DNA from: Macrostomum lignano
Lineage: Eukaryota
Length of the DNA: 64,000 bases
Direction: 5' to 3'
Assembly: GCA_002269645.1 (NCBI GenBank)
Contig: NIVC01001023.1
Location: 1-64,000, forward strand
In this document: positions 34,257 through 48,345 of the stretch, piece after piece
Layout of the letters: every line of letters begins with the position of its first letter
How positions within the stretch are numbered: position 1 is the first letter of the stretch
Translations under genes and position numbers: made by a program
Notes under the pieces: model-generated
Told to the model about the DNA's origin: nothing
Databases searched by the model: none
What the model saw: the letters and a program-made list of their open reading frames with translations, nothing else

Positions 34257-36607
34257 AATGCATTATTACTTAAAGCATTTTCCGTTACTGAATGAAGGGT
34301 TGATCGAATATAAATTGCCAATTGCTTTAAGCTGGAGCGAAATATAACTTTCTATTTGGCACGCAATAAATTGAGTCTTCGCAAATGTCTTTAGAGGTTG
34401 TTGTTTTCGCAGCAGCGTTGGGCCAGGACAAAGCCAGGGGAAGAAGTTGAAGAACGTGCGCGCAGAGAGGGTCTCCCTAAAACACGCCCCGCACCGCCCC
34501 AGCAGCGCTACACGTTATAACAATTTGGTTTGTAAGACTTTGCAAAATAAGTTTTATGCTAAGATAAAAATTTTAATTAAATGCATTTATTTTATTAGAA
34601 GTAGAAAATCCTAAGTTTAAAGAATTTTTAGCAGAAAGCGCACTAGACTTGTCAACAGGTATTCAACTTTACCGTGTTACATTAGTTTGTTGAATCGTGA
34701 ATAGAAAATAACACGTGCTTATATAATACGTTGAATCTAATACACTTATACACGGTCATTTTGTTAGGAGCTCCACTCATGATGAAGCTCTCTGAATATC
34801 TAAGCTAACGCCAACGGTAAAGTAATTACATTAAGACAATTCTAAACTAACCAACAAGCAATATACACGCTTCAAGTATCTAACCAAAGAACTAGAAAAC
34901 CAACAAGTCCAGGTAAGCTACTTTAGTCATCTAGCGTAGCAAAGCGAAAGTAAAGCCGTAGGCCCCCACAACAGTGTCAATAACTTAATGTATCTTTGGT
35001 TCTCTTTCAACAAGAAATACCGTCTGCCTGCTGAGTAAACGAAGTGGTTGTAACTACATTTCATCTGCTATTTAATAGCATAACTTGGTTAGCCTAGCCC
35101 TAGGTCTAGGTTATAGCCAAAATTTCACTCGAATGTTGTTACAAGCCTTTTTTTAATTTAGCGGCAGATTTTGCATCTTTAACGCCCCCAAATTTTCTGG
35201 AATTTTTTTCACCTACACTTGCACTTTTTTACTCTGAATCTCTGATGTTATTTTTTATTATTTCTCCTGCATTTGATTTATATTTAATGTCTAATGCATT
35301 ATTCGATTGTATATAGTATTGATTATAGTTGGCTCATTTCATTTTTCAGACACTAAACATAAATAATTAATTCAACAATATGCCAGTAATAAAGTACATT
35401 TTTATGATAGTAACAAATTAAAACAGCATATTTTTTCAAAGTCTATATTAACCAATATAATTAGATGGCTTAGAAAAAATACACAGTAAGCAAAATAGCA
35501 CATATTCCAGATTGAAAAAAGGACAAGTTCTAATAACAGGGAACACAAAAATTAAAAAGTAACAGGGATATATTAGAATTTAACATTTCAAGAGAACAAA
35601 AAAGTGCTTTTCAAAAATGTTATAACAGAAAAAGTTGTAACAGTGCCATTTACTTAAAAACAAGAAAAAACATTATTAAACTAAAAGACTATTTACACTT
35701 AATTAGATCTTACTCTTTTAAATTTGGAAAAAAAGGCAAAAATGTTCAAAGTTGCAAAAAATATTGTTTTTTTATTCTCAAATAGACAAGTAGGCAAAAT
35801 AGGCAAAATGGATTCTCAATAGACAAAATAGAAAAAAGTAACAAATAGTAACATCTGATGCATAAAGTGCCATTTTATATGAAATTTTTCTTGCTATATT
35901 GAAAGTAAAATAAATGTTGGCATTATAGCAATGAAGTAAGTTGAACACTTAATAATATAAATAACTTTAAGCATACAAACAGAAAAGGTTTAAACATAAA
36001 AAGTTTAAGTAAATACATAGCCATTTTCTTATCAGCAAACAATTTAATAATAATATGATGATTAGCTATAAATGAAAACCTCTAAACTATGATCTCATTG
36101 CCATTACCATTATGACATGGTTGTGCATTGTGCACTCTTGGAATTCACTGTCCTTAACATTTTCATGCAAACAGACAGTTCAAAAGCACTCAGGTCCCAA
36201 TACCTGACTCAGCACCCCTATCTAGCCTATCTATTCTCCATACTCATGAACATTATCATGTACTCAATGTACCAAAATCTGTTTCATCAGTCAATAAATA
36301 GGCACTGCCACATGCTTTTTTCACCTTAGTGAAACAAACTTACCAAGAAACAGGCATACAAACACAAGCTCATTGCTATACTATATACTACAAGCTATTT
36401 TTCTTTTAATCTATTTCACAGATTCACACAACTCTTTATTCAAAGTCCACTTCTTGCAGGGCTTTTTATGAAATGTAAATGCCCATTTGAAAATAATCAT
36501 CAGTACTCTGCTATATATAATAAACGAGCTATGCTAGAAATTAGCTAAATTATTATTACCACAGGACGAAAATACAACAGTTTCGTAGCTTCAGAGTTGA
36601 TAGAAAA

Positions 36608-39600
36608 TTAACCTTTCGGCTGACGTTTGTATATAACTAGTCGAGCATCTGACGAAATATTTTTCAGCAAAGACGTAGAAGTGCTTAGCTCTGTGGTCAT
36701 TAGATCGTCCAGCAAGTAGCATATGTCACCTTTTGATGGAAATACATAAGCGACGTAATGACCTTCGTCGACTCGTTCTCCCAGGTGCACAATCACACTT
36801 TGGAGGCAATAGCGCTGATTGTTATAGTCAATTTCTGGCGTTAAATCGAAGCCCACTCGGTTCTTGACAATAGTTGCCTGGCTTCTCAAGAGCCTGTTCA
36901 CGACGAAGCACAGGAGAGGTGGCGCATTTTGAGGAGTTCTGCTATGAACGCAGCTACTTGTCTGACAGGCTGTGCATGTGATGTCATCAGACTCGTCCGG
37001 TCGTAGTGCCGCATTCACAAGCTGAATCAGCTGCTGTCCTTCAACTGGTTGAACCACCACGAATGTTTCATGCAAACTTTCAGTAGTCGCGGCATTATTG
37101 CACCGGAGACATAGGGTGGACCCGCCGAGCTAAAATAATAAAGCCAAACAGCTGAGACGGAATTGAAAACATCGATTTAAAGTGCCTGTACTCTCTTACT
37201 GCCATCTATGCTGTACGTGTCCGATCCTGGATTCATATTTGTTTACATGTATTTGCCTCTTTTTACTACATTAGTTCCCTATGATATTGTCGTTTCAAAT
37301 GGTTTCCGTTCAAAAAGTAAAGCAAGTTTCTGTACTCGTAAGTGCTTTTTGAAATTTAGAAACGAGAAGTATTACCTGAATTCTAAACTGGCGACGAATA
37401 GTCTGCAGCTTTTGAGAAATGAGCACGAAAAATTCAAAGCAGTCGTTATATTCGTTGGTATTTATTTGACCAGCCGTACAGCATTCTTCCAATGCAGTGT
37501 TGTACAAATATTCGCTGAATCCAGATCCGCTCGAAATGTTGGCCAAGAGTCGTATAAGAAAGGACGAATTCACGGCTGTTTCAGAAAAATTTCTCCCTGA
37601 CAATGCCGCACCAACTGCGTGAAGACTGGCGTTGAACCAACAGAGTTTTCCATTACGATTGGGTAGGCCGAATGGACGATAGCCTGATGTCGATAGCGCC
37701 GAAGCTTCGACAGTAACAAAACTGGCGACATGATCAGAACAATCAACAAAAGCATGAGCGGCTGGCTCGTTTATCACTGTTGGCAGTGGCGGATCTAGGA
37801 TTTTATTTAAGGTGGGCGGTCCAAGTTTGTGGCGCAACATGAGTATGAGGGGCGCCAATTTTTAAGCTAGGGGCGCAAAAAATGCGTGTAGGGGGCGAAA
37901 AATCAAGTTTAAAGGGCACAAACTTAGGTTTTTTGGGGGGGGGGCAATATGTTTCATCCAGCTGTTTCGGGGGGGGCAGTCGCTCCCCCCGCTCCCCCCC
38001 CCCTAAATCCGCCCCTGACTGTTGGTATTCGTGGAAACTCACCATTGCTACGGTTAGCAGACTCACAAGTTATAGATTCATGTGCACGTTCATGACGCCA
38101 AAGCTTATTTTGTTCGATGCGTTCCTCTCGAGAAAATCCTTTGCGTCGACGTCCCTTATTCGATCGAGAAGCTTTTAAGATTTTGCCGATTCCTACAGGC
38201 TTCTCGGCAACTCGGGGCAATCCAATTTTTCGTCTAACCGCTGCGATATGCGAACACGATTGAGCAGAGACACAAGAACACGAAGCAACGCCGTTGCTAA
38301 ATGTCACAACATTATTTCGTCCGGCAACGTTAGTCACTATGAAGTTACCAAGAGTAGGGTTGAATGAAACTTTATGTTGCTCACTAAGCAAGCTGATCCG
38401 TGTCGACTGTTCGTTGTCGTCTAGATCGACATTAACTCGCACAGATTTGTGGCTAGATTCTCCAACGGGCTGGTGAACAGGAGTACCAGTAGCATCATTG
38501 GACAATGAAGGCCCCGTGCCACCTGACTCATTGCTGTTGCTATCATAGAAACTCATGTTGGGACGTATGACAGTCACTTTAATCGCACCAATTTCTCGAA
38601 TTTCTCGAGTCGCTGAAGTCTGAGAGTGCCGGCGTTGAATGTTCGCAGCTATTTGTTCTAACGACAACGATGGAGAGAGTGTTACAGTTTCGGGCGACTG
38701 TTGTAGATGTTGGAACTCCGGCTTTAGTGTGTAGTTTCCTTGGCCACACAAACCACGAAGAATTTCGTTCCTGTAGTATCGAGAAGTTTGGTAAAGTCCG
38801 ACAATGCAGTCATCGATCGTTGCATCCTTGAAGTTAAGCACACGCTTGAGCATTGCGTTTATTGATTCTGATTGGTTCTGAGTTACACCGGTAACTGGGC
38901 AGTAGTGCGATTGTAGAATCCACTTTGCAAAAAATTTAGGGATTAATGGGTGAATTTGATTGTCAAAATAAGCGGCAAAACTTGGATTCCAGTTTTTTTT
39001 GCAGCTTGCATACTGGGCATTGTACTGCTCGATGCTGTCTGTTTCTAGCAGGGAGAGTAGATCTGCTGAAATCATGTCTTCATCAGCCGATGTTCCACCG
39101 TTCTTGCGAATCCAGAACCGGACGTCCCGCTTCAGATGGTTCCAGCATCCCAAAAATCGGATATTGGGGAAGACAGAAGCCATCGAATTTCTCAGCCCAA
39201 TTTCTCCATCCATAACGCATGCCACATTAGTAGTTGCCAATGCAGGAAGCGAGGATTTCACTTCTTGCCACAAAAGTTTGTGGCGAGCCTCGAGCTTTCG
39301 ATGGTGAATGAGAAAAAAGGCTGGGCAAACCGGATTGTTAATGAAAATTGGTAATCGAATTACAAGAGGTGAGACTAGTGCTCTTGTCATCTCAAATCCA
39401 GTATCATACGACAATAGCTGATTCCTATCGTCCAACAATAAAATGCGATTTAGCAAGTCCAGAAGCTCAGGACAGCCAGCTGGAATAGCTAAGTCAGGAA
39501 ACGTCTGGATTGTACGAATGAATCCTGGTAGTTCATTGGCAAGAATGTGAATGTTCATAATTTCGTCTTTTGAAAGCATATTTGGCATAGAGCTCTTAAG

Positions 39601-41539
39601 GTTCTCGACTTGCTTTAGATTCCGAGGATTACGCACTGGGTTGCTGCTCTGACCTAGATAAAGTCGATATGCTTGCGAAGGAGCAAGGGTCGAAAGTTCG
39701 GCTCGAAGATTGCCGAGCACCGATGGGCTAGTCCGCATAAAAGTTCCACAGTGCTTGCGGTTTCCGTGATACACCATGTTAGCAGGTGGTTGCACTGATG
39801 GATTTCCGATATAGTGGATCAGTGTCTTGCTGAAATAAGAACATTAGAAGCAGTTAGTATATTAAACTGTCAAAAACAGGATGCTACACCCGATTTTATT
39901 CAACATTTTATAATTTATATTTACCTTGAATCTTTAGAGCCATTAGAATTAATTAATTGATACGCTTGTCTGATGAACAAGCGGGACATTTGTCCAGAGG
40001 TGTCTCTGGACAAATAGCGGTACTTATATAGAGTTGGACGTATTCTAAAAAGTTATTATTAATTTTGTCAAAAATTATAATTTGCTAGATTAAATTCGAA
40101 AGCGCAAGGTTTTATATTGTATATATGTAGCTGTAGCATTTTATAAAAAAAAACATAATATTGTTCTTAAAGAACATACCAGAAACAACTTGTTTGGTGT
40201 TATAAGCATATCTTATGGCTATGTCAATGTGTTAATGGATTTATGCATATTTCAATAAGTTGATTCTAAAAATAATTTTTATATATTATTTTTGGAGACA
40301 AAATGCCAATTATTTTAACAAAACTTTTATACTTTTGGATGGAAAAAACGTTTTGTATGAATTTATATGAGGAATTTGTTTATAAATTATATTCTTATTT
40401 TATTTAAATTAGTTCATGTACTACACTAAAGCCTATAACCTATATTATCTAAAATAATTTTGACTTTGCTAATAATCTAGCCCCACTCTAATACAAGCTT
40501 ATTTGCATAAAAAACATTCAGAACAGTCAAAATCAATAGCTTTAATTGTGGCAGCAAGAATGTACACAACTGGCAACACCAATGCAGCCACACTGGAAAC
40601 CACCCAACCTTATCTAGCTGGAGTGGGGTGGTGCATACCAAGCTAGTCGGCTTGCTAAGTCGGGGCAGGAGGGGGTTGGCAAAGCCTATCATGCCACACC
40701 ACCTTTTTGCACCTCCCTAGGCCCCTCAATCTTGTGCTTTTAGTAATTTTACAAATATACATACAGAGAAGCACAAACTCTTCACTGCCATTTTATCTAT
40801 TGAAATAAAAAGACCTTTTGTCTCCAGCTATTGTATACCAACATCATGCACAGGCCTTAACAATTAATCTTATTATCATTTACAAGAGACTATTTTGTAG
40901 GAGCTAAAATTAGTTTTATAACTTATCAAAGCCTATATTAACACAATCAATTTTAAGACTTTTAATGAAGTATTTATGGGTTAACCAATATTAATATTAA
41001 AAAGAAAGATTGTGTCAATATTTAAAATATTTATTCAAAAAAGAAAATATAATGCAATGCTAGTAATAAGACATTTACTAATAAAAAATCTGAAAATATC
41101 CAGTTTTATTGACATTAAGCAGCAAGAAATAATGTTTCTATGATCTATCTAGATCATTGGAAGCAGAACCTTGTCACAGGTATACAGAATTTACCTATTT
41201 ACTAAAATTCTACATTTAATTTTACATTACATTTTATATTTAATATATAAGATACAGCAAACAAATGCTGTATAACCTAATAGAAACTGTTTCAGTACCA
41301 TTTGAAATAGTGCTTTTAGACCTATTGTGTCTGGATGATCAGAATTTTTACCTCGGCAGTCGGTCTCGTCCTCCGTCTTTCCATAAATAGCCATCCGCCT
41401 TCCAGTCATCTGACTCGGACGTCGATTTAGGTTTATACAGATAAAGGGACTCTGTGGGTCTATATACAGGTGAGTCGATAACACAGGCTTGGGAGGAGTG
41501 CTCTTTTAATAGCTTTAAAGCAATAGCTGTCGATAGCAT
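36608..41539 (-). CDS. MULE transposase-SWIM-USP (peptidase C19) fusion; 4 exons (41539-41352, 40044-39925, 39829-37376, 37129-36608), interrupted by a MITE
   Basis: GT-AG introns with matching phases; SYDTGF, MDGE, CWNH, NQSES (DDE and CxxH); SWIM CSC..CSH; USP Cys box GLPNRNGKLCWFNAS and His box VIVHLG..GHYVAY..LDD; 3042 nt = 1013 aa after MITE removal. Confidence 0.88.
37784..38017. mobile_element. hAT-type MITE, 234 bp
   Basis: TIR CAGTGGCGGATCTAGG / CCTAAATCCGCCCCTG; 8-bp TSD ACTGTTGG on both sides. Confidence 0.93.
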
Positions 41540-44061
41540 TTAAAACTTTATTAAGAATAATTCATTTCTTGCAATAAAATAAAAATTAAGCTGCTTGACA
41601 CGCAAGTTGCTGGCATGCACGTGCAGCCCCCATACGATAAATTTAAATGATGGTAAGTATCAATGTTCGCTCTGATTAAAAAATGTATATATATATATAT
41701 AAAATTATTAAAATAGTTATTATTTTACACTAACATCAATCAGTTTTCTCAGCAATCAAACACTGCATTGACAAAAAAGTTATAATGTGTAGCGCTGCTG
41801 GGGCGGTGCGGGGCGTGTTTTAGGGAGACCCGCGCAGAGATTAGACTGAACAAAAATAGAGTAAATAAACAAATTTAATTAGTTTTTAATAAAAGTAAAG
41901 CAAACTTACATAAGTATTAGAAAAGTGTGTAACTTTAAGTATTGATAAGGTTGGATAAAGATTATTTCGATTACAGAATAAAATACGAAACTTGAAAGCA
42001 AATTATCCAAATATATTAACAGTGGAACTACCCCACTCACGTTTCGCTAGCGAATCATTATCACATCATTTTTTTAAAAACAATTCGCCATCGCAAAAAA
42101 TATGTCTAACAAATAAACTTCTTTATTATGAATATTCGCCACGAGGTTTTGTCTCCAATTTCCGCAGAGCCTTTTTCACAGAGCATTAAAAATTGCCGAT
42201 GAGAAGATAGTGCGAAAATAGCAATGTGATAGCTTTTGGAGGCATAACGCTTGCATGAATTCTTTCGCCGTTTGATATTTTGAAGAGCATAATTTGTTCC
42301 ACATAATATAGCAAACTTTTCAAATGAATCCATGAAGAAATGATTGCACCACACTGTGCCAAAGGTTGGGAAAGTACGTTTCTGTACTTTTTTCTTTTCG
42401 CCAACAGGGTAAATGGAGTGCGATACTTGCGCCATTTTCAAAAATAGATTCTACAAAGCCCATTTTTATATTCCAATCGATTTTCACACATTCGCCACTT
42501 ATTATATCAACCATAATGGACCTTCTTGTCAAAGATCCATTTGCTGCAAAGGCGCTATGCAATAATCACGTAGTATTGTTTTTTTATTGCAATAAAAACG
42601 GATAAAGTAAGTTTATTTTCATTTTTAGAAAATTGTTATGCAAACTATTGTACAATATAAAGCTTTCGCAATAATATTAATTACCCATGTTGTTATAATA
42701 ATTAGCATGCTACAATTTCAAATAGCAGTGCTTGTCACGGCTTTATGGTCTAAGGGATAGTCCAATTATCCTACACGGTAACGCTTCAAAGTGTATTTTA
42801 TACTCGTAGGCATGTGTTGCACCACATTAATTTGCTTTCAAATTTTTTTAGAAAGATACTTAGCAATGTTTACTAGGGCAATGTGCATGCAACCGAGTCA
42901 AAAAAATACTAAGTTGCAAAACTGTCTGCGAAAACTAAAATTAAGTGAATGAGTAGTATGGCGTAAGCTTAGTAGTATTGCGAACAAGATTCTTGAGTCG
43001 TCTTAGACTCTATTATACAGGTAAAAGTCACATTAAACAATGAACACAACATACTTTTATTTGTGGAGTGTGGATAGCTAGCCAGTAGTAGGTATCTAAA
43101 ATTTTAAGATATGTGGAAGTAAAAGGAAGAGTAAAAATTATGTAATTGCACCAATTCTGCTGTTATAAATTATATTTGGTTCCATATTTAAAAGAGTAAG
43201 ATAACGTAATAAAAAATAAAGCAATTAAAAGTTTTCAAAAATATTTTCTATCTCTAGTCATAATATAAACTACAAAGATAGGCTGTATTGAAAGTTACTT
43301 TGGTTATATCTATGATTAATAATTAGTTGGCTTACTTTTATTACAAAAAATTATATATAGTTTTATATAAATCAAATTCTTTATTTTATTTGTTTTGTAG
43401 CTGGTTAGGTAGTTAGTTAATTTTTTTATTTTTTCACTATAATTTATATTAAATGATATTGTGTTTCTTCATTTTTAACATATTTATTTCTAAAAAACGA
43501 TTGGGTTTACTAGTTAGCATCTAAGATTTAAGATTTAGTGTATTGTAAAGACAAGCATTTTCTATACAAATACATATATCTAAATTAGGCAATTAGACAA
43601 GAGGGAGCTGACATTGTGATTATAGCTGTCATCTCACATGACACTCCTCACAAAGAACTCTCACTCTCACAAATATGTTTCTCATATTCCAGATTTATCA
43701 TCCATATGGTTGAAAACGGAACTCACCTAAGTAAGTCACGGTAAAATGTTTTTATTGCTCTATTCTAATATCTACAGTCACATACTCATATAGGTACATT
43801 TATTTTTAAGCACGTATCCATTAGGTTGAGAAATGAATGCGGTCACTTATACTGTCCAGAGTTTGTAGTAAAACTTTGTTTGAGTTTGTGCATCGATTGT
43901 TCTTTTAATAACAAATTGACAACCTTCTTATGTGAGACTTTACTTGGTGAGGAAAGATGGGTGATGGGGGTAAACTGAAATTTTTAGTATGTCTGCTGCT
44001 TAATAAAATTCTTTACTCGTGACACATACACTACTACTTCAATAACTTTTCTTACTTTTAG

Positions 44062-47000
44062 ACTGGCAAGCAGTGTCTCTACTGGACCTCACACTGCCGT
44101 TTCGGGATGGTAGGCTAGAGCCGAAAGATTTTGCTGGCTCTCGTCTTCCCAGTTGGCGAAGCCAGGAAGACGCGCGTCTCTCTCGTTGGGCCCATTTTGT
44201 TGGATTCGATGGACGCTATGAAAAGAATCGGAAGTGGCTTTACGACCAACTGCAGAAGGATAGCCGAGGAATTCGTGCCGCCATTCTGGAATGCTGCAAA
44301 GAACCAACCAATCCCGCTGTGTAAGTTTACGAAACCTCTCCTTGATACTTTAAAACGTTTCAATTTAACAGTTTTAATGGGCAGATGTATGTTTCATTTT
44401 TTTCTAGATCTTCAGCTAGTCAAGATGACTTGAAGTGCACGTCTGATGGGACAGATACTGCAGACCTTGACTGTCCCACTTTCTACTATACAATTGGTCA
44501 GGACTGTGTGGTAGACGAACAAGGCCAATTGAAATATTTCTGGCACAACGATATCATTCCGGGATTCTCCCGCCAAGAAGGTTTCTGCTGCTGCCTGTGT
44601 GTGGATAAGCGACGAATTCTGCGCTCTGGCGAAGTCAAAGCGGAGTTATACTGCAGGTTTCATGCATGTGGTGCTCGATTTGTACTGTCGTCAGATGCTC
44701 AGCGACAAAACTGGCAACTGCAAGCTCTTTCGACCATCCGTGAGCATCCAGTTGTCAGCCGTCCAGTTCGCGGACCGAGGCGTCAGGAGGTGGCGAAAGC
44801 CGTAAGACAATCCAATGCTTTCAAAGTTGTAGCTGGACTGGCAACGGAGGGTATCAGCGCAGAGAACTTCTCTGCTAATGCAGCCCGCATCATGGCGTGC
44901 CGCGAGCAGCAGGCCGAAAACCCTTCTTCTGGAAATCTTTTTACTGATTTGGTTAATGCCGGTGAAATTCTCCAGCCACAATACATCCGACTAGTTGGAA
45001 CGTTTTTTGGGTCCGGGGAACCCCAATACGCAGCAGCCTGGCTTGACCGCGGGATTGAGCTGATGCGCACGCTGCACAGTCGGCGCCTGCCGATAGTACT
45101 GGGATTGGACTCCACCGGGGCGCCAATACGACGTGCAACGGGCAGTTCGGAAAAGCCACTTTACGACCACGCAATTGTCCTTCGCCACCCTAGGCCCGGT
45201 AGTGCCCCCATTGCACTGATGGAATTACTGACCACCTGCCAAGCAGGAGCTCTGCTGAAGTTCGTCACTGAATCGTGGTTTACGGATGTTCGACGCGCCA
45301 TTCCTGGGCTGCAAGTAAAAGCAGCCGTCACCGATTATAACCTCCCATCCATGCGTGCTCTTCTGAACTGCCTGCACGGGATGGACGTACTACCTTTTCT
45401 CCGGCACTGCATGCAGGCGCTCACAATGAACATGCCGTCAGCCGAGCTCCGTGAGTTCACAGTAGTTCAGCTGGGACGCAGTCACGTCATGCACGAATTT
45501 TGTTCTTGGCCAGAAGTTGCATCGTGCCCCCTAAAAGGCACTAAGCGTCTTTGGAAGCACGCTTTCGGTGCGCTAATCTTGAGCACCAGCTTGGATCAGG
45601 CAAAGACTATTCTGCGCGCGTTTCTAGCTATTTTGCTTGCGCCAAGCCTGGAGGGGGTGCACGTTGCTGTCACTGGAGAACGTAGAGATGAGCCACTTGC
45701 TGTTCTCCGAGATGCCATCACAGGAGAATGGCCAGGCGACGAGGCTGAGCTTCAAGAGAGAGAATTACAAGAGAGAGAGAGAGAGTATTGACTATCAGAG
45801 ACCGGACAAAACTCTAATGCGCACATCTCCCTTCTGGCAATGGGGACAGCGAGTATTGTCCGAAGTTGAAGGAGAGCTAACTTTGATGAATGAAGATGGT
45901 GAAACGAATGCCTATTTCAGCCGAGCTGTAGCTGATAAACTTTTGAACGTAATTGTACCTTGAGGCGGCGTGTTGGTTTGCAGGGTCAGACTCTTGAGTT
46001 ATTGATCTATATATTTTATTGAACCAATGAGCCAATGCCTTCTTACACCCGAAGTGTTCAGATGTACGTATTCACTCTAAGCACTTTATTTATTTTATGC
46101 CTTCTGTGCGCGCACTGCACCAACCACCCCAATATTATCACTATCGTGTTTGCTATATATCGTTAGTTTTCTCTCGCTTTGAAATCGTGAAATACAATAG
46201 CATTTTGACCATCCATAATTAAGCTAGACTTGTTTCATTCAATCGACGACACGTCATACCTTTCCTGCCCATGGTGACTAGCGTTCTTGTTCACCCACTA
46301 AGGTATGCAAATGATGGAACGTTTTTCTCCGTTTCGCGAGAGGAGCCCGCATTCACAGAGGCTCACACAGAGAGGTGGATGGGTTTGGTGAAAAATTCCC
46401 TTTGCGAAAGTCGCCTACTGCGCAAACCAATGGATTTCTGGCGCCAACAGCACAAATATCTCCCAGGACTAATTGAGATCTATCTGCGTGATCTGGGCGT
46501 GACAGATGGGGGTCCACACTCCATGATGAGAAACGAGGAGGCACCGACACCAGCACGAGCCTCAGCACCACAATTTTTCCCAAGTTTATCTCCGACTGCG
46601 CCACGTCTTGCAACTTTAGCTTCACGAGTTGCCCCAGAGCCACCTCCGGCCACGACACACACCACCTCAGTGCCACAAGTTTCCCCAAAAGGTCCTCCCG
46701 CTCCAGGACCAACTGACTCCTGTTCAGTGCCGCAATCAGGCCATTTCGCTTCAGCGCCACAAGTTGCCCCAGAAGGTCCTCCCGCTCCAGGACCAACTGA
46801 CTCCTGTTCAGTGCCGCAATCAGGCCATTTCGCTTCAGCGCCACAAGTTGCCCCAGAAGGTCCTCCCGCTCCAGGAACAACTGACTCCTGTTCAGTGCCG
46901 CAATCAGGCCATTTCGCTTCAGCGCCACAAGTTGCCCCAGAAGGTCCTCCCGCTCCAGGACCAACTGACTCCTGTTCAGTGCCGCAATCAGGCCATTTCG

Positions 47001-47482
47001 CTTCAGCGCCCCCTCATGCGACAGGAATTCCGACGGAGGAGCTGGTGACATCAAGACTTCATCAAACTGCGCCAATACCACCTCAAGGCTCGAGCCACCG
47101 CCCCTCTCCATTTTCCCCCATGATGAATGGCCGGAGCATCACTGTGGATGGTCTGCACGAGGCCACGGTGACGAACAAAAAGCGTCGTGGAAGGAAGCCG
47201 ACATACACTAGTATTAAACGCCCCTTCAGCCTTCCAACAAATTCGGCGGCACACACTTTCTCGACACTGCGCAACGGTGGACAAATCAGCGTTCCTGTTG
47301 GAAATGAATTGTTTACTCTCACCCTGAGGAATTCATGCACGGTAGATGGTGTGCTTACGGCCTTAACTTTTGCTTACAGAGACAACAATGTATTTCAGCA
47401 GGCAATTCAGGACACCCCAGACGGTCCTGCCAGATACTTTTTTGAATTTCTGTCAGAAGTAATTCAGTTGCAATTCAATTTC
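44062..47482 (+). pseudogene. NOF-like MULE transposase, multi-exon, with frameshift/stop and 3' disruption
   Basis: Phase-consistent intron 44321-44407; GLDSTG (D), VTDYN (D), GRSH, HTERWMGLVK (E); frameshift at the AG repeat near 45780 and TGA at 45961. Confidence 0.65.
46672..47008 (+). repeat. 84-bp coding tandem repeat, 4 copies (APQVAPEGPPAPGPTDSCSVPQSGHFAS)
   Basis: Read directly in ORF 46271..47737. Confidence 0.93.
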
Positions 47483-48345
47483 AATTCTGCTACAGTCCTC
47501 GACTGTATCAAACTCCTCAACATGCTGGGTTCCACCAACAAAATTACCATTAAGTGGGTTCCGGGGCATGTGGGGATCCGAGGGAATGAGTTGGCTGACA
47601 CTCTTGCAAAATTTGGTGCCTCCGGCTCCTCTCTCGGCTCCAAACCTCTTGTCTCGATTCCCGGCTGTGTCATCGACTCGCGCATCAAAGCGTGGATCAG
47701 GACTCAAGCACCGCTCGATTTGGGCGAACTGCACTAACTGCAGGCAATTCAGAGGCGCTGTCCATCAGCCCTCTCACCAGCTCCGGAAGCTCCTCTTGCG
47801 CCTCTCGCGTAGAGACATCCGGGCTGCCACCATGACCCTTTCAGGCCATGGCTGCTTCTCCAGGCACCAGTACCTGGAGGGCAACGCCACCAACGCCATC
47901 TGCAATTTTTGTAACTCAGTTGACGAAACCGCTGAGCATTTCTTCAGCATCTGTCCCACCTGACGCGGGCCAGACTCACTTACCTCGGGCCACACACATC
48001 TATTACTGAAGCGTGCAAACCCGAAAACTTTAATCAGCTCTTGCGCTACCTCCGGGCCACCCGCAGGGCTGAACTCTCCTTTCCAGAGAGCACCATAGCT
48101 GCTGGCGACACTGGGGGACCTCCCTGGGCGGCGCCAACCCTCCGCCTACTAAGTAGTGGAGGCGTCAACTCCATGGAGTTGCAAATGGATCTCATCCCCA
48201 TTCAACTCAGTTCAGTGGCGATTATCCATTCCATTTTAGGCTTTTCACCCTCAGTGAGGGGATGCCCAAGGACTACTCAAGGACAACTGAAGGACAAGGA
48301 CTACTTAATACGGACGTACGTAATATATACGTAATATATACGTTA
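47483..48345 (+). mobile_element. 5'-truncated non-LTR retrotransposon (RNase H + zinc knuckle + 3' UTR)
   Basis: ITIKWVPGHVGIRGNELADTLAK; LSGHG..CNFC..ETAEHF..CP; short tandem tail GTAATATATAC. Confidence 0.82.

Larger units (their letters stand above)
34469..41831 (-). mobile_element. Mutator-like element (MULE), 7363 bp
   Basis: 52-bp TIR GGGTCTCCCTAAAACACGCCCC... with one mismatch; exact 9-bp TSD GCGCAGAGA at 34460-34468 and 41832-41840. Confidence 0.95.

Noticed and set aside
42106-42605. Small ORFs mirrored at 50157-50656
   Set aside because: Chance ORFs inside the inverted repeats with no protein motifs; used only as evidence of the repeat.
46271-47737. 488-aa ORF as a natural transposase-RNase H fusion
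   Set aside because: The RNase H part belongs to a 5'-truncated LINE that continues into its own zinc knuckle and 3' tail; the in-frame join is incidental.
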